Counted from the stretch's first letter, positions 29,440 through 39,763 are shown. The stretch is DNA of 64,000 nucleotides from an uncultured Bacteroides sp. (GCA_947072895.1 CAMTKT010000004.1:13090-77089); one strand, 5' to 3'. Numbers and translations are program-made. Notes: generated by a model from the sequence alone, not told the origin.

Positions 29440-29447
29440 TATCTTTG
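29440..29447 (+). promoter_or_regulatory. Bacteroides -7 box TAtcTTTG for miaA
   Basis: Exact match 24 nt upstream of the ATG at 29471. It lies inside the N-terminally extended track ORF, which argues against the 29414 start. Confidence 0.5.
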
Positions 29448-29470
29448 TGCGACTGTTACAAAAACTTAGG

Positions 29471-30394
29471 ATGGAAAAGTATGATTTGATAACGATATTA
29501 GGACCTACCGCTTCGGGAAAAACTCCTTTGGCAGCGGCTTTAGCTTACCGGTTGGACACCGAGATAATCAGCGGAGACAGCCGTCAGATATATCGCCGGA
29601 TGGATCTGGGCACGGGAAAAGATTTGGAAGACTATACCGTGAACGGGCGGCAAATACCTTACCATCTGATAGACATTGTAGAGCCGGGATACAAATATAA
29701 TGTATTCGAATATCAGCGTGATTTCCTGAATGCATATAATCAAGTGAGATTGAAGGAAAAACTCCCGATATTATGCGGAGGTACGGGTATGTACATTGAA
29801 TCCGTGCTGAAAGGATATAGATTGCTTCCTGTTCCCGAAAATCCCGGACTAAGGGATTCATTGGCAGATAAATCATTGGAGGAACTTACCCGGTTGTTGT
29901 CCACTTATAAGAAACTTCATAACTCTACGGATGTGGATACTGTAAAACGGGCTATCCGCGCCATTGAGATAGAAGAGTATTACAAACAGCAATCGCCGGA
30001 ATACCGTGAGTTTCCGCAAATCAATAGTCTGATTGTCGGAGTAGATATAGACCGTGAATTACGTCGTGAGAAAATATCCCGCCGTTTGAAACAGCGTTTG
30101 GATGAAGGGATGGTGAACGAAGTAAAAGCTTTGCTGGATAGTGGCATTCCTTCCGAGGATTTGATTTATTATGGATTGGAATATAAGTATTTGACTTTAT
30201 ATGTTTTGGGTGAACTTTCTTTTGATGAAATGTTCCATCAATTGGAAATAGCAATCCATCAATTTGCCAAACGGCAGATGACGTGGTTCAGAGGCATGGA
30301 ACGGCGAGGATTCACTATACATTGGTTGGATGCCTGCTTGCCTATGGAAGATAAAGTGGAAAAAATTATTAATTTGTTACACACTAAAAACTAA
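29471..30394 (+). CDS. miaA: tRNA dimethylallyltransferase
   Basis: MEKYDLITILGPTASGKT P-loop, ...ISGDSRQIYRRMDLGTGK. Confidence 0.93.
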   Translation: MEKYDLITILGPTASGKTPLAAALAYRLDTEIISGDSRQIYRRMDLGTGKDLEDYTVNGRQIPYHLIDIVEPGYKYNVFEYQRDFLNAYNQVRLKEKLPILCGGTGMYIESVLKGYRLLPVPENPGLRDSLADKSLEELTRLLSTYKKLHNSTDVDTVKRAIRAIEIEEYYKQQSPEYREFPQINSLIVGVDIDRELRREKISRRLKQRLDEGMVNEVKALLDSGIPSEDLIYYGLEYKYLTLYVLGELSFDEMFHQLEIAIHQFAKRQMTWFRGMERRGFTIHWLDACLPMEDKVEKIINLLHTKN

Positions 30395-30399
30395 ATGTT

Positions 30400-31329
30400 A
30401 TGGCTGTAGAACCGAACAGGTGGGGGATTATTTATAATCCGAAAGCCGGAAGCCGTAAGACTCAGAAGCGTTGGAATGAGATACGTAGCTATATGGAAAG
30501 CCGCAAGGTGGTTTTTGACTACGTACAGTCCGAAGGTTTTGGGTCGGTGGAACGTCTTGCCCGTACCTTGGCTAATAATGGCTATCGTACTATTGTGATT
30601 GTAGGTGGAGACGGAGCGATCAATGATGCTATTAACGGTATTATGACTTCTATGGTGGAGGATAAGGCAAATATCGCTTTCGGGATCATTCCTAATGGCA
30701 TTGGCAATGATTTTGCCAAATATTGGGGGTTGGATGAGGATAATTATAAAGCAGCGGTGGATTGGATTATCAATCGTCGTCTGAGGAAGATTGATGTGGG
30801 GCGATGTAATTATTTTGATGGCGAGAAACATACTTTCCGTTATTTCTTGAATGCCATATATATAGGTTTAGGTGCGCGCATTGTACAAATCTCAGATGGT
30901 ACCCGCCGTTTTTGGGGAATACGTGAGTTGTCTTTTATTGCTTCCATGTTTCTGTTGCTGTTTGAACGTAAATTGTACCGTACACATCTTTGCATCAACG
31001 GCGAACATATTCGTGGACGTATCATGACAGTATGTGTGGGGAGTGCCCGTGGATACGGCTTGACACCTAGTGCAGTTCCTTATAATGGCTGGCTGGATGT
31101 GTCGGTTATTTATCGTCCGGAGCTGATGCAACTTTTCTCGGGGCTGTGGATGCTGTTGCAGGGACGTATTCTAAATCATAAGATGGTGAAACCTTATCGT
31201 ACGCGGAAAGTAAAAGTGCTACGTGCGCAGAATGCTTCGGTTAGTTTGGACGGGCGTATTTTAGACCGCCATTTCCCTTTGGAAATTACTATAGAACCGG
31301 AAGCTATTACTTTGATTATCCCTAATTGA
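30400..31329 (+). CDS. diacylglycerol/lipid kinase family protein (YegS-like)
   Basis: 309 aa; ...IVIVGGDGAINDAINGI and IPNGIGNDFA motifs of the DAGK catalytic domain. Confidence 0.85.
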   Translation: MAVEPNRWGIIYNPKAGSRKTQKRWNEIRSYMESRKVVFDYVQSEGFGSVERLARTLANNGYRTIVIVGGDGAINDAINGIMTSMVEDKANIAFGIIPNGIGNDFAKYWGLDEDNYKAAVDWIINRRLRKIDVGRCNYFDGEKHTFRYFLNAIYIGLGARIVQISDGTRRFWGIRELSFIASMFLLLFERKLYRTHLCINGEHIRGRIMTVCVGSARGYGLTPSAVPYNGWLDVSVIYRPELMQLFSGLWMLLQGRILNHKMVKPYRTRKVKVLRAQNASVSLDGRILDRHFPLEITIEPEAITLIIPN

Positions 31330-31395
31330 AATTATAAATATCTATTTCTCGCTAAGAATAAAAGTAGAGTAAGATATCTCAATGAATAACGTAAA

Positions 31396-32202
31396 ATGAT
31401 GACAATTTCAGATTTAAGAAAGAAAGATAATTTCTTTTTACTAGCTGGTCCTTGTGTGATCGAAGGAGAGGAAATGGCTCTCCGAATAGCAGATCGTATT
31501 GTAAAAATAACAAATAACCTGGGCATTCCCTATGTGTTTAAAGGATCTTATCGTAAGGCTAACCGTTCCCGTCTGGATTCGTTTACGGGAATAGGTGATG
31601 AAAAAGCTTTGAAAGTACTTCGCAAAGTTCGGGAAACCTTTGATATACCTGTAGTAACCGATATTCATAATGCCGGAGAGGCTGCTATGGCCGCTGAATA
31701 TGTAGATGTGTTGCAGATTCCTGCCTTCCTTTGTCGCCAGACTGATTTGCTGGTAGCGGCGGCCCGTACCGGAAAGATTGTCAACATAAAGAAAGGACAA
31801 TTCTTGTCACCCGGTGCTATGCGTTTTGCAGCTGACAAAGTGGTAGAGGCGGGTAATGATCAGGTTATGCTGACCGAGCGAGGAACAACTTTCGGATATC
31901 AGGACCTGATTGTAGATTATCGGGGGATTCCCGAAATGCAGACTTTGGGCTTTCCTGTGATTTTGGATGTAACACACTCTCTGCAACAGCCTAATCAGAC
32001 TACAGGTGTGACAGGTGGTATGCCGCAGCTTATTGAAACGGTAGCCAAGGCCGGGGTGGCGGTAGGAGTGGACGGTTTGTTTATAGAAACTCATGAAGAT
32101 CCTGCTGTAGCTAAGAGTGACGGAGCAAATATGTTGAAACTTGATTTGCTGGAAGATTTGTTGAACAAGTTGGTGAGAATCCGTCAGGCAGTTGCACGGT
32201 AA
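31396..32202 (+). CDS. kdsA: 3-deoxy-8-phosphooctulonate synthase
   Basis: 268 aa; FLLAGPCVIE..., KGSYRKANRS, QIPAFLCRQTDLL motifs. Confidence 0.95.
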   Translation: MMTISDLRKKDNFFLLAGPCVIEGEEMALRIADRIVKITNNLGIPYVFKGSYRKANRSRLDSFTGIGDEKALKVLRKVRETFDIPVVTDIHNAGEAAMAAEYVDVLQIPAFLCRQTDLLVAAARTGKIVNIKKGQFLSPGAMRFAADKVVEAGNDQVMLTERGTTFGYQDLIVDYRGIPEMQTLGFPVILDVTHSLQQPNQTTGVTGGMPQLIETVAKAGVAVGVDGLFIETHEDPAVAKSDGANMLKLDLLEDLLNKLVRIRQAVAR

Positions 32203-32206
32203 TAAA

Positions 32207-32246
32207 AAATGTGCCCAAATTTTATATGTATAGTTTGGGCACATTT
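32207..32246. terminator. bidirectional terminator between kdsA and the Crp/Fnr gene
   Basis: 13-bp stem AAATGTGCCCAAA/TTTGGGCACATTT flanked by A- and T-runs. Confidence 0.75.
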
Positions 32247-32280
32247 ATTTGTATGTAATATAAATTATAGCCGGCAGGTT

Positions 32281-32988
32281 CTATCCTATCTTGCTGATTT
32301 TTTTTAGTTTCTCTTCATCAATGATTTTAATTTTTCTACCATCGATGGTTATCAGTTTTTCAGTTGCAAAGTTAGAAAGTGTACGGATTGCATTTGAAGT
32401 GGTCATATTTGATAAGTTTGCCAAATCTTCTCGTGAAAGGTAGATGCTTAGTGTAGATTCATCTTCTTCTACTCCGTATGTATCTTTCAAAAACAATAGA
32501 GATTCTGCTAATCGTCCGCGAATATGTTTTTGCGTAAGATTTACGGTTCTCTCATCAGAAATCCCTAAATCTATAGAAAGTTGGCGGATAAAAAACAGAG
32601 CTAATTCTGAGTTGTCTTTTATCAGTTTCATAATAGCCGGCATGGGAATAAGGCAGATGGTACATGGTTCGAAAGCAGAAGCTGCTGTTACGAAGTTTCC
32701 TTCGGCAAAAAAGGCGCGGTATGCGAAATATTCTTTCGTCTTTAATACGCGGATAATCTGGCTACGTCCTCCCACGCCTTCTTTGTAGATTTTGACTTTT
32801 CCACTAAGAAGACACATAAGGTGCATCGGAGTTTCTCCTTCGCAGTATATCGTTTCATTCTTTTTATACTTCTGTATCGTAAAATTCTGAGCCAAGAACT
32901 CTCTTTGTTCCTGTGTTAAAGGTTGCCATAAGTCTGGTATACTTTCAGCAATCTCAGTTTCTGATAATTCTTTTCTAACCATAAACAT
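32281..32988 (-). CDS. Crp/Fnr-family transcriptional regulator
   Basis: cNMP-binding-like barrel (...YCEGETPMHLMCLLSGKVKIYKEG) plus a C-terminal HTH (REDLANLSNMTTSNAIRTLSNF). The start is uncertain (32988 or 32982; track 33015). Confidence 0.85.
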   Translation of the reverse strand: MFMVRKELSETEIAESIPDLWQPLTQEQREFLAQNFTIQKYKKNETIYCEGETPMHLMCLLSGKVKIYKEGVGGRSQIIRVLKTKEYFAYRAFFAEGNFVTAASAFEPCTICLIPMPAIMKLIKDNSELALFFIRQLSIDLGISDERTVNLTQKHIRGRLAESLLFLKDTYGVEEDESTLSIYLSREDLANLSNMTTSNAIRTLSNFATEKLITIDGRKIKIIDEEKLKKISKIG

Positions 32989-33085
32989 GCTATAAAACCG
33001 TGTTATAAAGCACAAATATAAGAAGAAAAAATAAAAGGACGAAGTGATGAGAAGAAAAAAGAAAGATATATTATTAATTTATCTT

Positions 33086-33130
33086 CAAAAAATAACAAAA
33101 AGATAGGTTCTTATCGCCTATCCTTTTGTT
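33086..33130 (-). terminator. intrinsic terminator after the glutamine synthetase gene
   Basis: AACAAAAGGATAGG...CCTATCTTTTTGTT stem followed by a T-run on the minus strand. Confidence 0.7.
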
Positions 33131-33142
33131 ATTTGTGAAATT

Positions 33143-35332
33143 TTATTTGGTGAACAGTAATTCACGATATTTGGGTAATGGCCAAATTTCATCGTCTATT
33201 TCCAGTTCCAAATGGTCGATATGGTCGCGGATTTCTTCCAAATATGGACGCACTTGTTCCTCGTAACTGAAGGCTTTTTCCAATTGGCTTCCTAAGTGAT
33301 TTGCTACTTTTCGGGCTGCTGTCATGTTGTGCACGGCTTTTTTGATAGCAAGTATGCGGTTTTGGATTTCACGTACCAAATTCTTTCGGTCCTCGGTCAG
33401 CTCTTCGTATTCCTCGGCGGAAAATATTTCTTTCAAGCCGCGAAGGTTTTCTAGCAGTCTGTTTTGATAAATTACAGCTGTGGGAACAATATGATTGATG
33501 GCTAGGTCGCCTAGTACACGGCTTTCAATCTGGACTTTTTTAGTAAACTTTTCCAGTTCCACTTCTATACGACAGGACAATTCATTTTCATTGAATATCT
33601 TTTCACCTATCAGTACAGAGCGGGACTGCTCGTCGTTGAACTTCAGGATGGCTTCGGGTACATGGCAGATATTAGTCAATCCGCGTTGCGCGGCTTCTGC
33701 TTTCCACTCTTCCGAATAGCCGTCACCTTCAAAGCGGATGTTTTGTGAAGCGATAATGGTTTCTTTTAATACCTTGTATAAAGCTTCTTCTTGTTCCATG
33801 CCTCCGTTTACCAATTCATCTATCTGGGCCTTGAACTCATTCAACTGGTGTGCCATAGCTGCATTGATAACAATCATGGATGCGGCACAGTTGGCAGACG
33901 AGCCTGCGGCGCGGAATTCAAAACGGTTTCCGGTAAAGGCAAAAGGAGAGGTGCGGTTACGGTCTGTATTGTCTTGCAGGATGGCAGGTATGCGGCCGAT
34001 GCCCAGTTGCAAGGCTTTCTTCTCATCGGGAGTCAGTTCGGCGTCGTTCAGACGTGCCACTACTTCGTCCAGCATGTGGGAAAGGTGACGCCCTAGGAAA
34101 ATAGACAGAATGGCGGGAGGTGCTTCATTCGCTCCCAGGCGGTGGCTGTTTCCGGCACTGACAATAGAGGCACGTAGCAAATCCTGGTTTTTATAGACCA
34201 TCATCAGTACGTTGACTATGAAAGTCAGGAAAAGCATATTTCCTTCTGCGGTTTTGGCGGGAGAGAACAAATTGATACCTGTGTCAGTGCAGAGTGACCA
34301 GTTGTTGTGTTTGCCCGATCCGTTTACTCCCTTGAATGGCTTTTCGTGGAGCAGTACGGTAAAATTATGTTTGGAGGCGATACGCTTCATCAAGTCCATT
34401 ACCAGCTGGTTGTGATCGTTGGCCAGATTTACGTCTTCAAAAATGGGGGCTAGTTCAAATTGGTTGGGAGCGACCTCGTTATGTCGTGTCTTTACCGGAA
34501 TTCCTAGTTTGTGACATTCCAGTTCCAGTTCTTTCATGAAGTTGGTTACACGCGGAGGGATGGAGCCGAAATAGTGGTCGTCCAGTTGCTGGTCTTTGGC
34601 AGACGAGTGTCCCATCAAGGTACGTCCGGTCAGGCAAAGATCCGGACGTGCATTATATAGTGCGGTGTCCACCAAAAAGTATTCTTGTTCCCAGCCCAGA
34701 TTGGCGAATACGCGTTTTACGTTTGGAACGAACATTTTGCAAACTTCAGTTGCAGCTTTATCTACCGCACCTAATGCCTTTAGTAAAGGAGTCTTATAGT
34801 CGAGCGCTTCGCCTGTATAAGAGATAAAGATCGTAGGAATACAAAGTGTGCTGTCCACAATGAAAGCCGGAGAAGAGACATCCCATGCTGTATAGCCTCG
34901 TGCTTCAAATGTGTTACGGATACCACCGTTGGGAAAACTGGATGCATCCGGTTCCTGCTGAATAAGCAGTTTGCCCGAGAAGCGTTCTATCACATTTCCT
35001 TCATCACCGAATTCTATAAAGCCGTCGTGTTTTTCGGCAGTTCCGTCGGTCAGGGGCTGGAACCAATGAGTGTAGTGGGTAACGTTGAAGGTCTTTGCCC
35101 AGTTCTTCATGCCGTTGGCTATCATGTCAGCCATTTCACGATTGATGGGGGTACCTTTCTCGATTGCGTTTATCACTGCTTTATAAGCCTCACTAGGCAG
35201 ATATTCCTGCATCTTTTTACGGTCGAACACGTGGTTGCCGTAATAATCAGCTAACTTTTCAGAGGGGTAGTCAACCTTAACAGGCCGTCTGTTGGCTAAC
35301 TCCTGTAGAGCAAAAAATCTCATTTTGGACAT
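33143..35332 (-). CDS. glnA: type III glutamine synthetase
   Basis: 729 aa; the MSKMRFFALQELANR... N-terminus and the size are characteristic of Bacteroides GSIII. Confidence 0.93.
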   Translation of the reverse strand: MSKMRFFALQELANRRPVKVDYPSEKLADYYGNHVFDRKKMQEYLPSEAYKAVINAIEKGTPINREMADMIANGMKNWAKTFNVTHYTHWFQPLTDGTAEKHDGFIEFGDEGNVIERFSGKLLIQQEPDASSFPNGGIRNTFEARGYTAWDVSSPAFIVDSTLCIPTIFISYTGEALDYKTPLLKALGAVDKAATEVCKMFVPNVKRVFANLGWEQEYFLVDTALYNARPDLCLTGRTLMGHSSAKDQQLDDHYFGSIPPRVTNFMKELELECHKLGIPVKTRHNEVAPNQFELAPIFEDVNLANDHNQLVMDLMKRIASKHNFTVLLHEKPFKGVNGSGKHNNWSLCTDTGINLFSPAKTAEGNMLFLTFIVNVLMMVYKNQDLLRASIVSAGNSHRLGANEAPPAILSIFLGRHLSHMLDEVVARLNDAELTPDEKKALQLGIGRIPAILQDNTDRNRTSPFAFTGNRFEFRAAGSSANCAASMIVINAAMAHQLNEFKAQIDELVNGGMEQEEALYKVLKETIIASQNIRFEGDGYSEEWKAEAAQRGLTNICHVPEAILKFNDEQSRSVLIGEKIFNENELSCRIEVELEKFTKKVQIESRVLGDLAINHIVPTAVIYQNRLLENLRGLKEIFSAEEYEELTEDRKNLVREIQNRILAIKKAVHNMTAARKVANHLGSQLEKAFSYEEQVRPYLEEIRDHIDHLELEIDDEIWPLPKYRELLFTK

Positions 35333-35361
35333 GTTGTCTTTCTTTTACTAGTTGTTGGCTG

Positions 35362-35369
35362 CAAAAATA
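35362..35369 (-). promoter_or_regulatory. Bacteroides -7 box TAttTTTG (minus strand) for GSIII
   Basis: CAAAAATA on the plus strand, 30 nt upstream of the ATG at 35332. Confidence 0.45.
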
Positions 35370-35669
35370 CTGCTTTTTGATAAATAATTCGCTATATAGC
35401 TAATCATTTTTTTATTTCAGTTAAGGATGTTAATTAAGTATTATCATGCATGAGCCTATTAGTTTTGTCGCATTTTTATTTTCCGACAAGTTGAGTTCAA
35501 TAGTAATATTGGCTACCTTAAGAGACTTTCCAAATGAAAAATATGAGCATGAGTGTTCTCTTTATCCTATGCTTTGCATTTACTTGGAGCTAGTGTCGTT
35601 GCTTTATATTAAACGATCGCAAAGCTACAAAAAAACTAGAAAAAGCATGGAAGTTTTCAAAAGAAGGTG

Positions 35670-35677
35670 TAACTTTG
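35670..35677 (+). promoter_or_regulatory. Bacteroides -7 box TAacTTTG for the inositol-3-phosphate synthase gene
   Basis: Exact match 55 nt upstream of the ATG at 35732. Confidence 0.45.
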
Positions 35678-35731
35678 GCACAAATTATATAAATCTCTGC
35701 TATGAGATGCAATTTTAACAAAGAAATTAGA

Positions 35732-37039
35732 ATGGAAAAAATGAATGTGAAACCGGCAACCGGTAAATTAGGCGTTCTTTGTGTTGGATTGGGCGCTGTT
35801 ACTTCAACTTTTATGACAGGTGTGCTGATGGCTCGTAAGGGACTGGCAAAACCTGTCGGATCTATGACTCAATATGATAAAATGCGTGTTGGCCGTGGAG
35901 AGAATAAAAAGTATTTGCATTATGGTGAAATTGTTCCATTGGCAAACTTGAATGACATTGTGTTTGGTGCATGGGATGTTTACCCGGCTAATGCTTACGA
36001 GTCGGCGATCAATGCTGAGGTTTTAAAAGAAAAAGACATCAATCCTGTAAAGGATGAATTGGAGAAAATAGTTCCAATGAAAGCTGCTTTCGATCACAAC
36101 TATGCCAGCCGTCTGGATGGTGACAACGTGAAAGACTGCAAGAACCGTTGGGATATGATGGAACAGTTGCGTGAAGATATCCGCAATTTTAAAGTTGCTA
36201 ACAACTGTGACCGTATTGTAGTGCTTTGGGCTGCTTCTACAGAAATTTATGTTCCTGTTGATGAAAAGATACACGGAACATTGGCTGCATTGGAACAGGC
36301 TATGAAAGAGGATGATAAAGCTCACATCGCTCCGTCTATGTGCTATGCTTATGCTGCATTGTCGGAAGGATGTCCTTTCATTATGGGAGCACCTAATACA
36401 ACTGTTGATATTCCGGCTATGTGGGAATTGGCTGAAAAAACTAAAATGCCTATTGCAGGTAAGGACTTCAAGACAGGCCAGACATTAGTTAAATCTGGTT
36501 TCGCACCGATTATCGGAACCCGTTGTTTAGGTTTGGATGGTTGGTTCTCTACAAATATTCTGGGTAATCGTGATGGCTTGGTATTGGATGAGCCGGCTAA
36601 CTTCCACACTAAAGAGGTCAGCAAATTATCTACATTGGAATCTATCCTTGTTCCAGAAGACCAACCGGATTTGTACACGGATTATTATCACAAAGTGCGT
36701 ATCAATTATTATCCGCCTCGTAATGACAATAAAGAAGGTTGGGATAATATTGATATCTTCGGCTGGATGGGCTACCCCATGCAGATCAAGATTAACTTCC
36801 TGTGCCGCGACTCTATTCTTGCCGCTCCTTTGTGCTTGGACTTGGTATTGCTGAGCGACTTGGCCGCACGTGCGGGACGTTTTGGCATTCAGCGTTTCTT
36901 GAGCTTCTTCTTGAAGAGCCCGATGCACGATTATACGGAAAACGAAATTCCAGTCAATCACCTCTTCCAACAGTATGCTATATTGAAAAATGCTATTCGT
37001 GAAATGGGTGGTTATGAGGCCGATCAAGAAATCGACTAA
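35732..37039 (+). CDS. myo-inositol-1-phosphate (inositol-3-phosphate) synthase
   Basis: 435 aa from MEKMNVKPATGKLGVLCVGLGAVTSTF...; NAD-binding N-terminus and a conserved C-terminal region typical of bacterial MIPS. Confidence 0.85.
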   Translation: MEKMNVKPATGKLGVLCVGLGAVTSTFMTGVLMARKGLAKPVGSMTQYDKMRVGRGENKKYLHYGEIVPLANLNDIVFGAWDVYPANAYESAINAEVLKEKDINPVKDELEKIVPMKAAFDHNYASRLDGDNVKDCKNRWDMMEQLREDIRNFKVANNCDRIVVLWAASTEIYVPVDEKIHGTLAALEQAMKEDDKAHIAPSMCYAYAALSEGCPFIMGAPNTTVDIPAMWELAEKTKMPIAGKDFKTGQTLVKSGFAPIIGTRCLGLDGWFSTNILGNRDGLVLDEPANFHTKEVSKLSTLESILVPEDQPDLYTDYYHKVRINYYPPRNDNKEGWDNIDIFGWMGYPMQIKINFLCRDSILAAPLCLDLVLLSDLAARAGRFGIQRFLSFFLKSPMHDYTENEIPVNHLFQQYAILKNAIREMGGYEADQEID

Positions 37040-37062
37040 TTTGTAACAAGATATTTTATTCG

Positions 37063-37140
37063 GGCGTGGATTGCGCGGGTTTCACGGTTTTTTTCTATTA
37101 AAGACCGTATCTGTCCGTGAAATCCACGCCTTATTTTTTA
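37063..37140 (+). terminator. composite hairpin terminator after the MIPS gene
   Basis: GGCGTGGAT/ATCCACGCC outer stem contiguous with a TTCACGG/CCGTGAA inner stem, followed by TTATTTTTTA. Confidence 0.55.
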
Positions 37141-37180
37141 TTTTTCAGCTATAATTTCTTGTTGTCTGCCCGAGAATTTG

Positions 37181-37188
37181 TAATTTTG
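37181..37188 (+). promoter_or_regulatory. Bacteroides -7 box TAatTTTG for the sigma-54 activator operon
   Basis: Exact match 19 nt upstream of the ATG at 37207. Confidence 0.45.
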
Positions 37189-37206
37189 TCATATAATAGA
37201 GTGAAT

Positions 37207-38472
37207 ATGCTTAGGTCAGAAATACAAAATGTAAAGCTCAGATTTGGTATTATTGGTAATGCCGAGGGGTTGAACCGTGCCATAGACGTGGCTATTCAGG
37301 TGGCTCCCACTGATTTGTCAGTGCTGATCACCGGTGAAAGTGGGGTGGGAAAGGAAAATTTCCCACAGATTATTCATCAGTTCAGTCGCCGTAAACATGG
37401 ACATTATATAGCAGTGAACTGTGGAGCTATTCCTGAAGGTACTATAGATTCAGAGCTTTTCGGACATGAAAAAGGTGCCTTTACGGGTGCTATCAGTGAT
37501 CGTAACGGTTATTTTGCCGAAGCCAATGGTGGAACCATTTTTTTGGATGAAGTAGGGGAGTTGCCTCTTGCTACTCAGGCACGTCTGTTACGTGTACTTG
37601 AAAGTGGCGAATTCATTAAGGTAGGTTCATCCAAAGTGCAGAAAACGGATGTGCGTATTGTTGCCGCTACCAATGTGAATCTGACGAAAGCTATTGCCGA
37701 AGGTCGTTTTCGTGAGGATTTGTATTATCGTTTGAACACTGTACCTATAAAAATACCTCCCTTGCGTGAGCGTGGAGATGATATAACTTTACTTTTCCGT
37801 AAGTTTGCATCAGATTTTGCAGAGAAATATCGTATGCCGGCTATTCAGCTGACAGAAGATGCAAAAGCTTTGTTGCTAGCTTATTCATGGCCCGGTAATG
37901 TGCGCCAGTTGAAAAATATCACTGAACAGATATCTATTATTGAAACTAACCGGGATATAACGGCAGAGATTTTGAGAAATTATTTACCGGAGCAACATGT
38001 GAATTCTGGCTTGCCTGCTTTGTTTGGAGTGAAAGCAACTACAGGGAAGGCTTTTGAAAGTGAGCGTGAGATTTTATATCAGGTATTGTTTGATATGCGG
38101 CGTGATGTAACTGACTTGAAGAAGTTAGTCAATACGCTGATGGCGGAACGTGGCGTGCAATCTGTTCCGACGGCACCAGCTACCACGGCGGTTTCTTATT
38201 ATCAGGAACCGCAACGGAATTTAGTTGCTACAGTGGTGCCTGCTACGCCTACCATAATTTCTGCCACCAAACCGGCTCATTCCGTAGTAGATGATATTCA
38301 GGATACGGAGGAGGTTGTAGAAGAAGCCCCTTTGTCATTGGATGAAGTAGAGAAAGAAATGATACGTAAGGCACTCGACCGTCATCATGGAAAGCGTAAG
38401 AATGCGGCAAAAGATTTGAATATTTCAGAGCGAACACTTTATAGAAAAATAAAAGAATATGGTTTGGATTAA
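37207..38472 (+). CDS. sigma-54-dependent transcriptional activator (AAA+ plus Fis-type HTH, no receiver domain)
   Basis: VLITGESGVGKENF Walker A, GAFTGA loop (EKGAFTGA), C-terminal HTH (NAAKDLNISERTLYRKIKEYGL). Confidence 0.92.
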   Translation: MLRSEIQNVKLRFGIIGNAEGLNRAIDVAIQVAPTDLSVLITGESGVGKENFPQIIHQFSRRKHGHYIAVNCGAIPEGTIDSELFGHEKGAFTGAISDRNGYFAEANGGTIFLDEVGELPLATQARLLRVLESGEFIKVGSSKVQKTDVRIVAATNVNLTKAIAEGRFREDLYYRLNTVPIKIPPLRERGDDITLLFRKFASDFAEKYRMPAIQLTEDAKALLLAYSWPGNVRQLKNITEQISIIETNRDITAEILRNYLPEQHVNSGLPALFGVKATTGKAFESEREILYQVLFDMRRDVTDLKKLVNTLMAERGVQSVPTAPATTAVSYYQEPQRNLVATVVPATPTIISATKPAHSVVDDIQDTEEVVEEAPLSLDEVEKEMIRKALDRHHGKRKNAAKDLNISERTLYRKIKEYGLD

Positions 38473-38986
38473 ACAATTGAAAGTTGTTGGTGTGTTGACG
38501 GTACTGGCGGGAATAGTAACTGCTTGTTCTATTTCCTATAAATTTAACGGATCGTCTATAGATTATACAAAGATAAAGACTATTTCGTTCGAGAATTTCC
38601 CAAACCGTTCAGCGGGTTTTGTTTGGGGACCGATGGAGAATATGTTCAACACGGCATTACAGGATATTTATATGCAACAAACTCGTTTAAAGCAAGTCAA
38701 GCGCAGTGGTGACCTGCAATTGTCCGGTGAGATAACAAACTATGAGGCATTTAATAAAGGAATTGGGTCTGATGGTTATTCTAGTATGGTAGAATTGCGT
38801 ATGACGGTTAGAGTGAACTTTGTCAACAGTTCCAATCCTACGGAAAATATGAATGGACAGCAATTTTCGGCTAGTCGTGAATATAATTCCAATCAGCAGT
38901 TGAGTGCTGTACAAGATGAGTTGGTAAACCAAATGATTAAAGAAATTGTAGAGCAAATATTCAATGCTACAGTAGCAAATTGGTAG
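38459..38986 (+). CDS. LptE-like lipoprotein
   Basis: 175 aa with lipoprotein signal (LAGIVTACS). Overlaps the upstream activator gene by 14 nt. The family call rests on remembered conserved synteny in Bacteroidetes. Confidence 0.5.
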   Translation: MVWIKQLKVVGVLTVLAGIVTACSISYKFNGSSIDYTKIKTISFENFPNRSAGFVWGPMENMFNTALQDIYMQQTRLKQVKRSGDLQLSGEITNYEAFNKGIGSDGYSSMVELRMTVRVNFVNSSNPTENMNGQQFSASREYNSNQQLSAVQDELVNQMIKEIVEQIFNATVANW

Positions 38987-39002
38987 TGAATTCTTTTTCA
39001 TC

Positions 39003-39758
39003 ATGATACAACAACAATTATATGAATGGATAACACATCCTGAACTATTGAATCGGGACACCTTGTATGAGCTGCGGACGTTACTTGCGCGTTATCCGTA
39101 TTTTCAGACAGTAAGGCTGCTTTATTTGAAGAATCTGTTTTTATTGCATGACATAACATTTGGTGAGGAGTTACGCAAGGCTGCATTGTATGTAGCTGAC
39201 CGCAAAGTTCTTTTTTATCTGATGGAGGGAGACCGATTTACTATATCTTCCTTTGAAAAGCAAGATCAGCCTAAGGAAGAGGCTGGGTGGGATCGTACTC
39301 TTTCATTGATTGATGCTTTTTTGTCTTCTTTGCCTGAAGAACCTGTTGCTATGGAACTGCCAATGGAGGTAACGACTGATTATTATACTTCTTTTCTATT
39401 GCATAAGGAAGAATGTGTGTCTGATGATATTCCTCAGATGAAAGGACAGAGTTTGATAGATAACTTCATTGAAAAGTCTGCAGAGGAACCTTTGTTACCT
39501 CAATTAGGAATAAAAGAGGTGGCATCAGCGAAGAACGAAGTTTCTGAAGAAGATGAGCCGGAAGGTAATGAAGAGGATATGGAGGATGAAAGCTATTTTA
39601 CTGAAACATTGGCTAAAATATACGTTAAACAACAAAGATATTCTAAGGCCTTGGAAATTATTAAAAAATTAAATTTGAAATATCCAAAAAAAAACGCTTA
39701 CTTTGCAGACCAAATAAGATTTTTGGAGAAATTGATTATTAACACTAAATCAAAATAA
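39003..39758 (+). CDS. hypothetical protein with C-terminal TPR-like helix pair
   Basis: 251 aa; acidic middle region, C-terminal ETLAKIYVKQQRYSKALEIIKKLNLKYPKK. Confidence 0.7.
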   Translation: MIQQQLYEWITHPELLNRDTLYELRTLLARYPYFQTVRLLYLKNLFLLHDITFGEELRKAALYVADRKVLFYLMEGDRFTISSFEKQDQPKEEAGWDRTLSLIDAFLSSLPEEPVAMELPMEVTTDYYTSFLLHKEECVSDDIPQMKGQSLIDNFIEKSAEEPLLPQLGIKEVASAKNEVSEEDEPEGNEEDMEDESYFTETLAKIYVKQQRYSKALEIIKKLNLKYPKKNAYFADQIRFLEKLIINTKSK

Positions 39759-39763
39759 AGAAA

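Noticed and set aside
29414-29470. N-terminally extended starts given by the ORF track (also 41, 5824, 19781, 23354, 23897, 35702, 37117, 42092)
   Set aside because: The extensions begin at GTG/TTG or lie upstream of exact TAnnTTTG boxes. The conserved family N-termini begin at the downstream ATGs used in the feature list.
35446-35718. 90-aa ORF between the GSIII and MIPS genes
   Set aside because: It spans the MIPS -7 box and the divergent promoter region, has AT-rich composition, and nothing supports coding.
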